Shown: positions 8,596 to 17,629 of the stretch, in pieces
Position numbering within the stretch: position 1 is the first letter of the stretch
Layout: every line of letters begins with the position of its first letter
Notes under the pieces: model-generated
Databases searched by the model: none
The model's input: the letters and a program-made list of their open reading frames with translations, nothing else
What the model was told of the DNA's origin: nothing
Made by a program: the position numbers and the translations under genes
Assembly (NCBI RefSeq): GCF_000092105.1
Contig: NC_014148.1
Coordinates: 1,170,001 to 1,202,000, forward strand
Reading direction: 5' to 3'
Source of the DNA: Planctopirus limnophila DSM 3776
GTDB taxonomy: Bacteria > Planctomycetota > Planctomycetia > Planctomycetales > Planctomycetaceae
Length of the DNA: 32,000 bases

Positions 8596-9309
8596 TTAGC
8601 GAGATGTTCCAGGGCGGGTGGCTTCTGCAGCTCGTGGGGCTGCTGCGCCAGCGGCACCTGTAAACTTCTGGTTCAGATACTTCAGCACGGGCTGAGTAAT
8701 ATCGTTTTCAGCTTCGAAGTAGACGACCTGGCGGTTCATGCCCTGGATCAATCCCTGAGGATTGTCACGATCGAGCTCTTCGCTGCTGAACCGCAAGACC
8801 AGTGTGTACTTGTAGTACTGGGCATACTTGGCGACGGCATCAGTCACTTCGAGGTAGACTGTGTGATAAATTTCGCTTTCCTTTTTGAGGAACTCACGCT
8901 GGGCGGAGCGGCGAAAGGCTTCGAATTCGGCAGATGATGTGGCGAGTTGCTTTTCGGTAGCCGAGAATTCGGGGCTGCCTTCTTTGAAGCTCTTCATTTT
9001 CTGCTGAAGGGCCTGAAGGTTGGTGGCCATTTCCTTGGCTTTGACTTCGCTCTGCTCGATTTCGGCCTTGAGGTCTTCGCGGAGGACTTCAAACTTTTTG
9101 TACTGCTTGAAGATCACGGCCATGTCGATCAGTGCCACTTTGTGAGCACGAGCAGCATCCGCAGCAGGTGCCTGAGCCAATGCTGGCTGGCTGATGTTGA
9201 TGGCAGCAAAAGAGACAGCCAGGACAAGGGCCACACGGGCCAGTTGATGCAGCGGACGAATAACGATGTTCACGGCGCGGGCACTCCTTTGCAAGCCGGG
9301 TTTCAACAT
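8596..9309 (-). CDS. skp: OmpH/Skp family periplasmic chaperone
   Basis: Signal peptide ending ALAQA. Then a helical Lys/Glu/Gln-rich body (VALIDMAVIFKQYKKFEVLREDLKAEIEQSE...) and a Pro/Ala-rich tail. It sits next to lipid A genes, as skp does in other didermic bacteria. Confidence 0.8.
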   Translation of the reverse strand: MLKPGLQRSARAVNIVIRPLHQLARVALVLAVSFAAINISQPALAQAPAADAARAHKVALIDMAVIFKQYKKFEVLREDLKAEIEQSEVKAKEMATNLQALQQKMKSFKEGSPEFSATEKQLATSSAEFEAFRRSAQREFLKKESEIYHTVYLEVTDAVAKYAQYYKYTLVLRFSSEELDRDNPQGLIQGMNRQVVYFEAENDITQPVLKYLNQKFTGAAGAAAPRAAEATRPGTSR

Positions 9310-9680
9310 TCACAATGCGGTGCAGATCCGCCGTAGATCAAAAACTGGTCAGCCAAGACACAGATCTGATACTGCAGAGGCCCGTTTCTTCGAACATGCC
9401 TTCATGGCAAGTTTTCGGGAACGTATGCCCGCTCGTTCAGGGAATTTCCCAAAGGAGTCGCGAATCGTCAAGACGAAGAGAAGAGCGGAAGAGCCGTTCT
9501 GTCGGCAAAAATGGCCGATGAGTGGGCGATAGGATCGATTTCATCGGTAGAGTGGCATGAAATCGATGTGAATACTGCACAAAAGAACACATTTTGCTTA
9601 TAAGGATATACTGCCTGCGGATTTCGTAGTTAACAGTGCGAACGCTGCCTGGAAGAGGGGTGAGCGGATAAGTCATCGGC

Positions 9681-9750
9681 TTCCCAGGAAATAACAGCGA
9701 GTTGTTGGTCGCGAAGACATGCTTGCCCAGAGCTGCAAGAATGGCACACA
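9681..9750 (+). repeat. P-family repeat copy (5' module TTCCCAGGAA, then CATGCTTGC-N8-GCAAGAATG, then GCACACA)
   Basis: Aligns with the copies at 18562, 26639, 27750 and 30398. The palindrome arm has one mismatch here. Confidence 0.85.
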
Positions 9751-9782
9751 GTGGTGATGATCGATGAGCAGATGAGTCTGCA

Positions 9783-9817
9783 GTAATTGAAGCAATTCCG
9801 GGAATTGCTTCAATTAC
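9783..9817 (-). terminator. Perfect 17-bp inverted repeat overlapping the prfA stop codon
   Basis: GTAATTGAAGCAATTCC-G-GGAATTGCTTCAATTAC. The prfA TGA is at 9810-9812, inside the right arm. No T-run follows on the minus strand. Confidence 0.45.
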
Positions 9818-10901
9818 TGGGCGCCACATTGCCCTTGAGGCGTTCTTCGCGATCGAACGCCAGAATCGGATTGATCAGCTCATCGAGATTTCCCTGCATG
9901 ATCTGATCGAGTTTGTAAACGGTCAGGCCGATGCGATGATCTGTGAGGCGGTTCTGAGGGAAGTTGTACGTGCGGATGCGTTCGCTTCGATCACCAGACC
10001 CCACGAGAGTTCGCCGCTGTTCGGCCCGGACTGCATGAGCCTGAGACTCCCTTAATTCCATGAGCCGGGATCGCAGGACGCGCAGTGCTTTGGCTTTGTT
10101 TTTGTGCTGACTTTTTTCATCCTGAATACGCACCACCAAGCCCGAGGGAATGTGGGTAATACGCACGGCGGATTCGGTCTTATTCACTTTTTGACCACCG
10201 GGGCCGCCGGCACGCATGGTATCGATTCGAAGATCTTCATCACGGATCTCGACATCGATTTCACTGGCTTCCGCCATGACGGCGACTGTCGCAGCACTGG
10301 TGTGGACACGGCCCTGAGTTTCCGTTTCCGGAACACGCTGGACACGATGCCCGCCACTTTCAAACTGTAAGCGGTGATAGGCGCCGGAACCGGTGATGGT
10401 GATTACGACTTCCTTAAGACCACCCAGTTCGGACGTGGTTAACTCCATGACTTCGTATTTCCAGCCCTGGAGATCGACGTACCGGGTGTACATTTCATAG
10501 AGATCGCGGGCAAACAGAGCGGCTTCATCTCCGCCTGTTCCCGCACGAATTTCCATGATCAGGCTGCCGCGAGTGAGCGAATCGCCGGCGGTCACCATGT
10601 CTTCGAGTTCGGTCTTCAGTGGTTCGAAGCGGGGCTTCAGTTCATCGATTTCGGCTTGCGCAATCTCTTTGGTTTCATCATCGGTGGCTTCCGCCAGCAT
10701 GGTTTCTGCAGCGAGCAGATCGTCCTGCAAGGTGTTGAATTCACGAACGGTCGAGGCAATTTTTGATAAGCCTCCGTGCTCTCGCTGAATTTCCAGCATC
10801 TTGCTGACATCCGCCAGCACTTCCGGATCCTGAAGTTGTGCTTCCAGCTCTTCGAAGCGTGCGAGCTTGGCCTGAAGTGTGGGGAACATGCGGGTTGTCA
10901 T
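9810..10901 (-). CDS. prfA: Peptide chain release factor 1
   Basis: GGQ motif ([24 protein letters not shown]). RF1-type PxT tripeptide ([14 protein letters not shown]) and no SPF motif. ATG 10901 is chosen. The track start at 10928 is TTG, and ATG 10889 is also possible. Confidence 0.95.
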   Translation of the reverse strand: MTTRMFPTLQAKLARFEELEAQLQDPEVLADVSKMLEIQREHGGLSKIASTVREFNTLQDDLLAAETMLAEATDDETKEIAQAEIDELKPRFEPLKTELEDMVTAGDSLTRGSLIMEIRAGTGGDEAALFARDLYEMYTRYVDLQGWKYEVMELTTSELGGLKEVVITITGSGAYHRLQFESGGHRVQRVPETETQGRVHTSAATVAVMAEASEIDVEIRDEDLRIDTMRAGGPGGQKVNKTESAVRITHIPSGLVVRIQDEKSQHKNKAKALRVLRSRLMELRESQAHAVRAEQRRTLVGSGDRSERIRTYNFPQNRLTDHRIGLTVYKLDQIMQGNLDELINPILAFDREERLKGNVAPSN

Positions 10902-11022
10902 GGCAAAATCCGGACGATAGAAGGACAAGAGATGATCAGAGCATCAAGTCGCTCATGGAAGCAGGAATCTGGCGTTGATTGTGAGCTATACCGATGGATC
11001 GGGAACTCTCATTGATTAGCCA

Positions 11023-11064
11023 CCAGAAAACGGCAATGCCGTCGGATCAGCCGACCCGACGGCA
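11023..11064 (-). terminator. Hairpin plus short T-run downstream of rpmE
   Basis: On the minus strand: TGCCGTCGG-N10-CCGACGGCA followed by TTGCCGTTTTCTGG. It lies about 70 nt past the rpmE stop and upstream of prfA. Confidence 0.4.
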
Positions 11065-11134
11065 ATGAGGTACGGCAGCAGCCGGCAGGAGCCATGAAAT
11101 CGGCCCAGCCAACAGCCCCGGAGGACTCTGATCA

Positions 11135-11392
11135 CTACTTCTTTTCGCGTTTATCCCAGTTGTACTTCTTCTGGAACTTCTCAACGCGACCCGCAGTATC
11201 GATGAACTTCTGCTTGCCGGTGAAGAAGGGGTGGGAGAGCGAGCTGATATCGACCGTCACCAGTGGAAGCTGACGCCCTTCGTAATCACCGGTTTTTTCG
11301 GTCTTGATTGTCGAGCGAGTGACGAACTTTTCGCCCGTGGACATGTCCAGAAAGACAACTTCGCGATACTGGGGGTGAATGTCTTTTTTCAT
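11135..11392 (-). CDS. rpmE: 50S ribosomal protein L31, type B (no zinc-binding CxxC pair)
   Basis: [28 protein letters not shown] ... HPFFTGKQK. It is 85 aa from ATG 11392, with AAGG upstream. The track ORF starts 15 codons earlier without support. Confidence 0.9.
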   Translation of the reverse strand: MKKDIHPQYREVVFLDMSTGEKFVTRSTIKTEKTGDYEGRQLPLVTVDISSLSHPFFTGKQKFIDTAGRVEKFQKKYNWDKREKK

Positions 11393-11833
11393 CGGCCTAA
11401 CCTTGAATTCTTCTCTATTTGAAGAGCCACCACCCAACGAGCGGGGAGCAATATCCTGAATTTTGACTCACAAGTGTTCAACTGCCATGTGAGATGCAAA
11501 TGATTTTGTGCAGGCTGTGCTCGAAAAAACACAATTCCACCAAACTTTTGCGGTATGGAGAGTGTAACTTCCACAAAATCGAGTCGCAAGGAAGCGGGCT
11601 GTTTGCCGTAAACTCATAAATCAAAGAGGTTTGCAATGACCAGTCGTTCACAGAATCTCAGTTCCAGTGGTTGTTCAAACTTCCGGAACGTCGATTTGTC
11701 AGGGGAACTGGGCACTGTGAAGCATTAAAGTGACCATTGAATGCAGTTACGAGTGTGTGGCCGTTTCGATGATCATGATGCAGAGAATTTCTGAAACGCC
11801 CCTGGCCATCGTCCTTCAGCGAAAGTCAAATTG

Positions 11834-13165
11834 ATGAGCCTTTCTGGTAAGCATCGCGTGGTGATTGTCGGCGGCGGATTTGGAGGCCTGACCACGGCCA
11901 AAGCTCTGCGGAAAACCCCGGTTGATATTACGCTAGTGGATCGACGGAATTTTCATCTCTTTCAGCCGCTGCTTTATCAAGTGGCTACGGGAGGGTTATC
12001 TCCCGGAAATATTGCCGCCCCTTTGCGATCGATTTTTGCGAGGCAAAGAAATGTCCATGTGGTCATGGATGAAGTGATCGGGTTTGACCTGCCGAGGCGG
12101 CGGGTTCTGCTCCAGGAAGGAGAACTCGCATTTGATTCGCTGGTGGTGGCTGCGGGTGCGAAGACAGGCTACTTCGGCAATGATCAATGGGCCGAAAATG
12201 CCCCGGGTCTGAAAACTGTCGAGGATGCCATCGAGATCCGCGGGCGTGTCCTGACGGCTTTTGAAGAGGCCGATAAGCTGCCGACGCCTCAGGCCCGCGA
12301 ACATCTGCTGACGTTTGTGGTGGTGGGTGCCGGCCCGACGGGTGTTGAACTGGCGGGAACTCTCGCTGAAATTGCCCGCCATACACTCCGGCATGATTTC
12401 CGCATTATTAATCCTGCCGAGACCCGCATCATTCTGATCGATGCGGCCCCGCGCATTCTCATGGCGTATGCCGAAGACCTTGCGCTGAATGCGCAAAAGA
12501 AACTGATGGACATGGGTGTGGAAGTCCGCACGCAGGTCAAAATTCAAAAAGTGGATGCCTCGGGTGTAGAAGTGATGACGGCACAGGGAGTCGAACAGAT
12601 CGCTGCGGCGAATGTCCTTTGGGCGGCGGGTGTGACGGCTTCACCACTTGCAAAATTGCTTTCGGAAGCCACTGGTGCGCCACTCGATCGTCAAGGACGG
12701 ATTGAAGTTCAAAGCGATCTCACGCTGCCGGGACATCCTCAAGTTTATGTGATTGGGGATATGGCCCATTTCAAACTTCCCAGTGGGCAGGCCGTTCCTG
12801 GTGTGGCTCCGGCGGCAATGCAGCAGGGGAAATATGTGGCTAAAGCGATTCAATCGCGCTTTCAAAACGTTTCTTTATCACCGTTCACCTATACCGATCT
12901 GGGGAGCATGGCCACGATTGGCCGGAAGGCAGCGATCGCGCAGATTGGAACATGGAAGTTCACAGGACTCATTGCCTGGATCCTGTGGCTGTTTATTCAT
13001 CTGATTCAAATCGTCAGCTTTGAAAGCCGTATTCTGGTGCTGATTCAATGGGCGTGGAACTATCTCACATTCAGTCGTTCGGCCCGGTTGATTACGCAAA
13101 GTGGCTATACCCACGGCGGACATCTGCGAACCACCCATGTCACAAATTCGGCGGATAACAGTTAG
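11834..13165 (+). CDS. ndh: Type II NADH:quinone oxidoreductase (NDH-2), FAD/NAD(P)-binding
   Basis: Two dinucleotide-binding motifs: HRVVIVGGGFGGLTTAKAL and FVVVGAGPTGVELAGTLAE. VYVIGDMA is present, with a hydrophobic C-terminal membrane-association region. ATG at 11834 (11831 is TTG). Confidence 0.9.
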   Translation: MSLSGKHRVVIVGGGFGGLTTAKALRKTPVDITLVDRRNFHLFQPLLYQVATGGLSPGNIAAPLRSIFARQRNVHVVMDEVIGFDLPRRRVLLQEGELAFDSLVVAAGAKTGYFGNDQWAENAPGLKTVEDAIEIRGRVLTAFEEADKLPTPQAREHLLTFVVVGAGPTGVELAGTLAEIARHTLRHDFRIINPAETRIILIDAAPRILMAYAEDLALNAQKKLMDMGVEVRTQVKIQKVDASGVEVMTAQGVEQIAAANVLWAAGVTASPLAKLLSEATGAPLDRQGRIEVQSDLTLPGHPQVYVIGDMAHFKLPSGQAVPGVAPAAMQQGKYVAKAIQSRFQNVSLSPFTYTDLGSMATIGRKAAIAQIGTWKFTGLIAWILWLFIHLIQIVSFESRILVLIQWAWNYLTFSRSARLITQSGYTHGGHLRTTHVTNSADNS

Positions 13166-13261
13166 GGAAAAGTGTGATGAAGTAATACGGATACCATTAA
13201 GCGACTGCGCGGCGGGCGGCTAAGAGTGAGCCTTCAAGCCCCAGCGATTTTCGACACGAAC

Positions 13262-13302
13262 TGGGGGTTCGCGAAGACGCTCAACCCCAGCCACCCGACG
13301 CC
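13262..13302 (+). repeat. H-family hairpin repeat copy
   Basis: TGGGGGTTCGCG-AAGA-CGCTCAACCCC-AGCCACCCGACGCC, 97 nt past the ndh stop. It is identical to 18668-18700 over 33 nt. Confidence 0.85.
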
Positions 13303-13511
13303 TAAGACAAAGTCAGGTGTGGTGGCAGGGCACGCGCATGGGCTGGGAATAAACAATTTTTGACTGCTAAAAGTGTTTATTCAGCGAGATGAATAATCGC
13401 GAGGCATTCTTCGTGACAAACTGTTTCGCGAGGCAGAGAATCAAAATCGTCTTCACAGCATGGTGATCATGCGGTTGTCGCGCCAGTTGCCACACACCAG
13501 GAGAAGCTCTC

Positions 13512-14465
13512 ATGCGTACTCGATTTGTGTTCGCTTTGCTGGCTGTTTTCACTTTGAGTCTGACGATCTGGCAGGCACAAAGTCTTGAACCAGCCAATTC
13601 CCAGGAAGTTCCTCAGTCGAAAAAGCTGAATGAGTCAACCGATCTGGAGGAATTGAAAGCCTCTGCCGCTGGATTTGAGAGAGCTTTTAATGCAGGAGAT
13701 GCGAAAGCGATTGCAGCGCAATTCACAGAGTTGGCTGAGACCGTGGATGAGGAAGGGAACATTCTGGAAGGTCGTGCGAATATCGAAAGCCGATTTGCGG
13801 AATTGTTCAAGGATTATCCCAAAGCTCAGATCGCCGTGACGTTGACATCGCTGCGATTGATCAGTCCGGATGTGGCGGTTGAAGATGGGTATAGCATGAC
13901 GACTCTGGATCCGAGCCAGCCAGGTTCGCGATCTCCCTATGCGGTGGTGCATCTTAAACGTGACGGAAAGTGGCTGATGGCCAGTGTCCGTGATTTTCCG
14001 GCTGAATCGACAGAGGCGACTGCCCATGAAGAGCTTCAGGCTCTGGAATGGCTGGTTGGTCACTGGGTTGACGAAAGTCCTGAGGGACGTGTCGAAACCA
14101 CCTGCCAGTGGTCGGAAGACGGCAATTATCTGATGCAGGATTATGTTGTGAAGTCGCGGTGGGGAGGGGTGATGAAAGGATCGCAGCGTATTGGCTGGGA
14201 TCCCTTGCGGCGTACTGTGCGTTCGTGGGCGTTTGATCAGAGTGGAGCATTTACTGAAGCGACGTGGACTCCATTGGAAGATGCCTGGATCGTGAATGCC
14301 GAAGGTGTCACGCCAGATGGTCGTCGAGTCTCGGTTACGCGGCAGATCACGTTATTTGACAACGACTCCTTCCAGATCGATTCCAGAAACCTGCTGATTG
14401 GCAATGAAATCCAGCCTGATGCCTCGGTACGGGTGGTTCGACGCCCACCGGCACCATTGCAGTAA
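13512..14465 (+). CDS. Secreted two-domain protein; the N-terminal half is NTF2-like (DUF4440/SgcJ-EcaC type)
   Basis: Signal peptide MRTRFVFALLAVFTLSLTIWQAQS. First domain: AAGFERAFNAGDAKAIAAQFTELAETVDEEGNILEGRANIESRF ... VHLKRDGKWLMASVRDF. A second beta-rich domain begins at LEWLVGHWVDES. AGGAG sits 8 nt upstream of the ATG. Confidence 0.7.
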   Translation: MRTRFVFALLAVFTLSLTIWQAQSLEPANSQEVPQSKKLNESTDLEELKASAAGFERAFNAGDAKAIAAQFTELAETVDEEGNILEGRANIESRFAELFKDYPKAQIAVTLTSLRLISPDVAVEDGYSMTTLDPSQPGSRSPYAVVHLKRDGKWLMASVRDFPAESTEATAHEELQALEWLVGHWVDESPEGRVETTCQWSEDGNYLMQDYVVKSRWGGVMKGSQRIGWDPLRRTVRSWAFDQSGAFTEATWTPLEDAWIVNAEGVTPDGRRVSVTRQITLFDNDSFQIDSRNLLIGNEIQPDASVRVVRRPPAPLQ

Positions 14466-14512
14466 TCGTCTTGATCGACTGATGAATTGAATTCACAACC
14501 GGAGACATCCCG

Positions 14513-16492
14513 ATGAAGACTTACGCATGGATTCTGACAGGTCTGGTGATCGCAAGTTTGACGATACTTGCTGAAACTCAGGTTTTTGGGCGCGGTGGTG
14601 GTGGTGGCCGTGGCGGTGGAGGTGGGGGCGGCGGTGGTCGAGTCGGTGGTGGTGGTGGCGGATTCAGTGGAGGCGGCGGTGCGAGGCCATCTGTGGGGAG
14701 TTCACCTTCCTTCAGTCGTCCTTCGCCACCAGCGGCCAGTCGACCAGCGGCACCCGCAGCGCGGCCATCTGCTCCACAAGCTCGTCCCGCGACACCTGCT
14801 GCCAGACCTTCCATCCCAAATTCTGGTGCAGGCGCGCGGCCGAGTATTGGTGGCAGCAACATTGGCTCGGGAAGTCGCCCGGCAGTTCAGCCTGGTACTC
14901 GACCCAATGTTGGTGCTGGCAGCGGTTCGATAGGTGCGCGCCCTGCGCAGTTACCATCAACCCGGCCAGCGACGGGTATTGGCACGGGTGCGGGGATCGG
15001 ATCAGGATCGGGAATTGGCACTGGCCCGGGTATTGGCGCTGGCCCAGGAGCTGGAGCCATCGGAGGGACTCGACCTGGTCAGTTGCCGGGTTCGCGACCT
15101 GCTCAATTGCCTGCGACCAGGCCAGGTACTGGTGGTGTCGCCAATCGACCCGGGACAGGTCAGGGAATCAGCAATCGTCCTGCTCAATTGCCAGCTCGTT
15201 TGCCGGGATTAGGTGGTGGTGATGTCGCCCAGCGGCTGCCCAATCAGGGAGCCCGGGTCCAGGATCGAATGGGAGATCGTCCTTCGGTTCAGGATCGACA
15301 GAATAACCTGAGTGACCGCATGGCGAATCGGGGAGATTGGCAAGACAACCGACAGGATTGGAGAGATCAGAATCGCGAAGACTGGCAGAACTGGGCTGAC
15401 ACCAGGCGCGACAACTATGGGGACTGGTACCACGATAGTTGGCATCCCGGGTCTGGCTGGGGCTATATGTGGGATAACTACCCCGTGGCAGCCGCAATCG
15501 GTCTGACTGCGTGGGGTATTAACCGCATTGGCTATGGCTGGGGTTATTGGAATTATCAGAACCCTTACGCTTCGAGTGGTGGTTCTTATGGCTACGACTA
15601 TTCGCAGCCTTTGGTTTCTGCGGAAAGCTATGCCGTTGCAAGCGACCCGGGTGCGAGTGCGGAGGCGACACCGTCAGCACCTCAGCAGCCAACCGATGAA
15701 GGACTGGCAGCTTTCGAAGCCGCACGGGAGGCATTTCGAAGCGGTGATTACAAAGGAGCACTGGCGAAGCTCGATATCACACTTAAGACGATGCCGAATG
15801 ATACTGTTGTGCATGAGTTTCGCAGTCTCGTGCTCTTCGCCCTGCAGAAGTATCCGGAATCTGCGGCGGCGATCTATGCTGTTCTGGCTGCCGGCCCGGG
15901 TTGGGACTGGACGACGATGATCAGTCTCTACCCCTCTACCGAGACATATACAGAGCAGCTACGAGTGCTGGAAGCTTTCGTCAAAGCCAACCCGATGTCA
16001 GCCGATGGACATTTTCTGCTGGGTTATCACTATCAGACGATGAAACATGACAGTGCGGCAGCGAACCAGTTCCGTCTGGCATCGAACATATTGCCAAACG
16101 ATCAATTGATCAAACAGCTGCTCGGGATGACAACACCTCCTGAGGAGGCGACGAAACCGACTGCTCCTCCTGCGCCTCCCGTTGTTCCGGCAGAGAAGGT
16201 GCTTCAAGCGGATCAGTTCATCGGAAACTGGAAAGCCAGTCAACAGGGTGCGACATTTGAACTCGATATGACAAAAGCTGGTGCCTATACATGGACATAT
16301 ACTCAAGGGAAACGTAAGCAATCGGTCAAAGGTGTATTTGCTGTCGATCAGAACAATCTGGCCCTCGAAACTGATGATGGGGGCGAGACCATGCTGGCCG
16401 AGGTGCAGTTCACCAGTCCGACAGAGTTTCAATTCAAGATGATTGGTGACAGCGAGAAGAGCCCGGGCTTGAAGTTCACCAAAACGAAGTGA
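14513..16492 (+). CDS. Secreted or membrane low-complexity (Gly, then Arg/Pro/Ala) protein with a Trp/Asp/Arg-rich segment, a TPR-like domain and a small C-terminal beta domain
   Basis: Signal peptide, then G26-A56, which is almost pure Gly. There are 16 RP dipeptides, including 3 exact RPAQLP units. DWQDNRQDWRDQNREDWQNW follows, with a possible TM segment (YPVAAAIGLTAWGI). TPR-like helices: FRSGDYKGALAKLDITLKTMPNDTVVHEFRSLVLFALQKYPES ... HFLLGYHYQTMKHDSAAANQF. GGAG sits 8 nt upstream of the ATG. Confidence 0.8.
   Translation: MKTYAWILTGLVIASLTILAETQVFGRGGGGGRGGGGGGGGGRVGGGGGGFSGGGGARPSVGSSPSFSRPSPPAASRPAAPAARPSAPQARPATPAARPSIPNSGAGARPSIGGSNIGSGSRPAVQPGTRPNVGAGSGSIGARPAQLPSTRPATGIGTGAGIGSGSGIGTGPGIGAGPGAGAIGGTRPGQLPGSRPAQLPATRPGTGGVANRPGTGQGISNRPAQLPARLPGLGGGDVAQRLPNQGARVQDRMGDRPSVQDRQNNLSDRMANRGDWQDNRQDWRDQNREDWQNWADTRRDNYGDWYHDSWHPGSGWGYMWDNYPVAAAIGLTAWGINRIGYGWGYWNYQNPYASSGGSYGYDYSQPLVSAESYAVASDPGASAEATPSAPQQPTDEGLAAFEAAREAFRSGDYKGALAKLDITLKTMPNDTVVHEFRSLVLFALQKYPESAAAIYAVLAAGPGWDWTTMISLYPSTETYTEQLRVLEAFVKANPMSADGHFLLGYHYQTMKHDSAAANQFRLASNILPNDQLIKQLLGMTTPPEEATKPTAPPAPPVVPAEKVLQADQFIGNWKASQQGATFELDMTKAGAYTWTYTQGKRKQSVKGVFAVDQNNLALETDDGGETMLAEVQFTSPTEFQFKMIGDSEKSPGLKFTKTK
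14588..15220 (+). repeat. Coding low-complexity tract: (GGN)n run followed by degenerate RPxxxP units
   Basis: 14588-14680 is almost entirely GGT/GGC/GGA/GGG codons. CCTGCTCAATTGCC recurs at 15099 and 15177. Confidence 0.8.
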
Positions 16493-16612
16493 TCGTTCCA
16501 TCGAAGTGTCGATCTGCCTTCAGCTCGCAACGACAATTGGATCGTGCAGTGATACCTTGCTGTGCGGTCGTGTTGTTAGAGTGAATCTTTCCAGCGAATG
16601 GAATGAGACGCT

Positions 16613-17512
16613 ATGATTCGACAAGATATTATTGATCTGTTTCGAATCCGACCGGGTAAGCCCTTTCGACTTAAAGATCATGATCCCGGCTGGGCTCAGA
16701 CTGAAGAATTAAAGGACTCTGGTAAAGACGTTGTGAAGCAGCGTTCTCTTGAGGTGCTGAATCAGAGCGTTCTCGATCTTGCAGAAGCCCAGGAGTTGCT
16801 ATATGCCAATGATCGATACTCGGTATTAATCATTTTTCAGGCGATGGATGCCGCCGGTAAAGATGGCACGATCAAGCATGTGATGTCCGGGGTGAATCCG
16901 CAGGGTTGTCAGGTTTACAGCTTCAAAAAACCCTCGGAGGAAGAACTTGACCATAACTTTCTCTGGCGGTGCATGAAGAGTGTGCCGGAAAGAGGTCGGC
17001 TGGGGATATTTAACCGATCTTACTACGAAGAAGTGCTGGTCGTGAAAGTTCATTCAGAAATTCTGGAGCTGCAGCGACTTCCTCCGGGAGAACGGGATCA
17101 GTCCTTCTGGGAAGCACGTTATGAAGATATCAATGCGTTCGAAAAGCATCTGGTGCGTAATGGCACCATTGTAATCAAGTTCTTTCTTAACGTTTCTAAA
17201 GATGAGCAGAAGCGACGATTTCTGGATCGACTCACGAAACAGAACAAGCACTGGAAATTCTCGGCTGCCGACATGCGGGAACGCAAGTTCTGGGATGACT
17301 ATCAGGCCACTTATGAAGCAGCCATCGCTGCGACCAGTACCGAGTGGGCGCCCTGGTATGTGATTCCGGCCGATCAGAAATGGGTCACGAGAGCGGTTGT
17401 GGCAGATATCATCGCGACAACGATCCAGTCACTCCAACTCCGATATCCTGAAGTGACTCAAGCTCAACTGGCGGAGTTTGCCAAGCTGCAGGAGCAGTTG
17501 GAAAACGAGTAG
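16613..17512 (+). CDS. ppk2: Polyphosphate kinase 2 family (polyphosphate:nucleotide phosphotransferase)
   Basis: VLIIFQAMDAAGKDGTIKHVMSGVNPQGCQVYSFKKPSEEELDHNFLWRCMKSVPERGRLGIFNRSYYEEVLVVKVH. This includes the P-loop-like DAAGKDG and the PPK2 core. It is a single-domain protein of 299 aa. Confidence 0.9.
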   Translation: MIRQDIIDLFRIRPGKPFRLKDHDPGWAQTEELKDSGKDVVKQRSLEVLNQSVLDLAEAQELLYANDRYSVLIIFQAMDAAGKDGTIKHVMSGVNPQGCQVYSFKKPSEEELDHNFLWRCMKSVPERGRLGIFNRSYYEEVLVVKVHSEILELQRLPPGERDQSFWEARYEDINAFEKHLVRNGTIVIKFFLNVSKDEQKRRFLDRLTKQNKHWKFSAADMRERKFWDDYQATYEAAIAATSTEWAPWYVIPADQKWVTRAVVADIIATTIQSLQLRYPEVTQAQLAEFAKLQEQLENE

Positions 17513-17629
17513 TGCCGCACGTTGCCGCTTATCGATTTCCATCGGAATTGATCTTATCTGAACTGATGAAGTTGTCGTTTTCGATATTTGGTAAGACGGA
17601 TTCCAATGATGAGCTATGCTCCCTAGTAT

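Noticed and set aside
9810-10928. Programmed frameshift or recoding in the release-factor gene
   Set aside because: The protein is RF1 (PxT motif) with one uninterrupted frame. The +1 frameshift is a feature of RF2 genes.
11996-12547. Minus-strand ORFs of 83-183 aa inside ndh
   Set aside because: They are antisense or alternate-frame shadows of a gene with two clear dinucleotide-binding motifs. Their composition is Arg/Pro/His-rich nonsense. The same reasoning applies to 2304-4582 (inside the peptidase), 13613-14250, 15998-16501, 20679-22592 and 29561-30223.
14568-15506. Several 60-120-aa ORFs in other frames and on the other strand of the Gly/RP-rich region
   Set aside because: They are by-products of the (GGN)n and CGNCCN codon periodicity, giving poly-Val/Ala or poly-Pro translations. 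The frame with a signal peptide, SD site and folded C-terminal domains is the real one.
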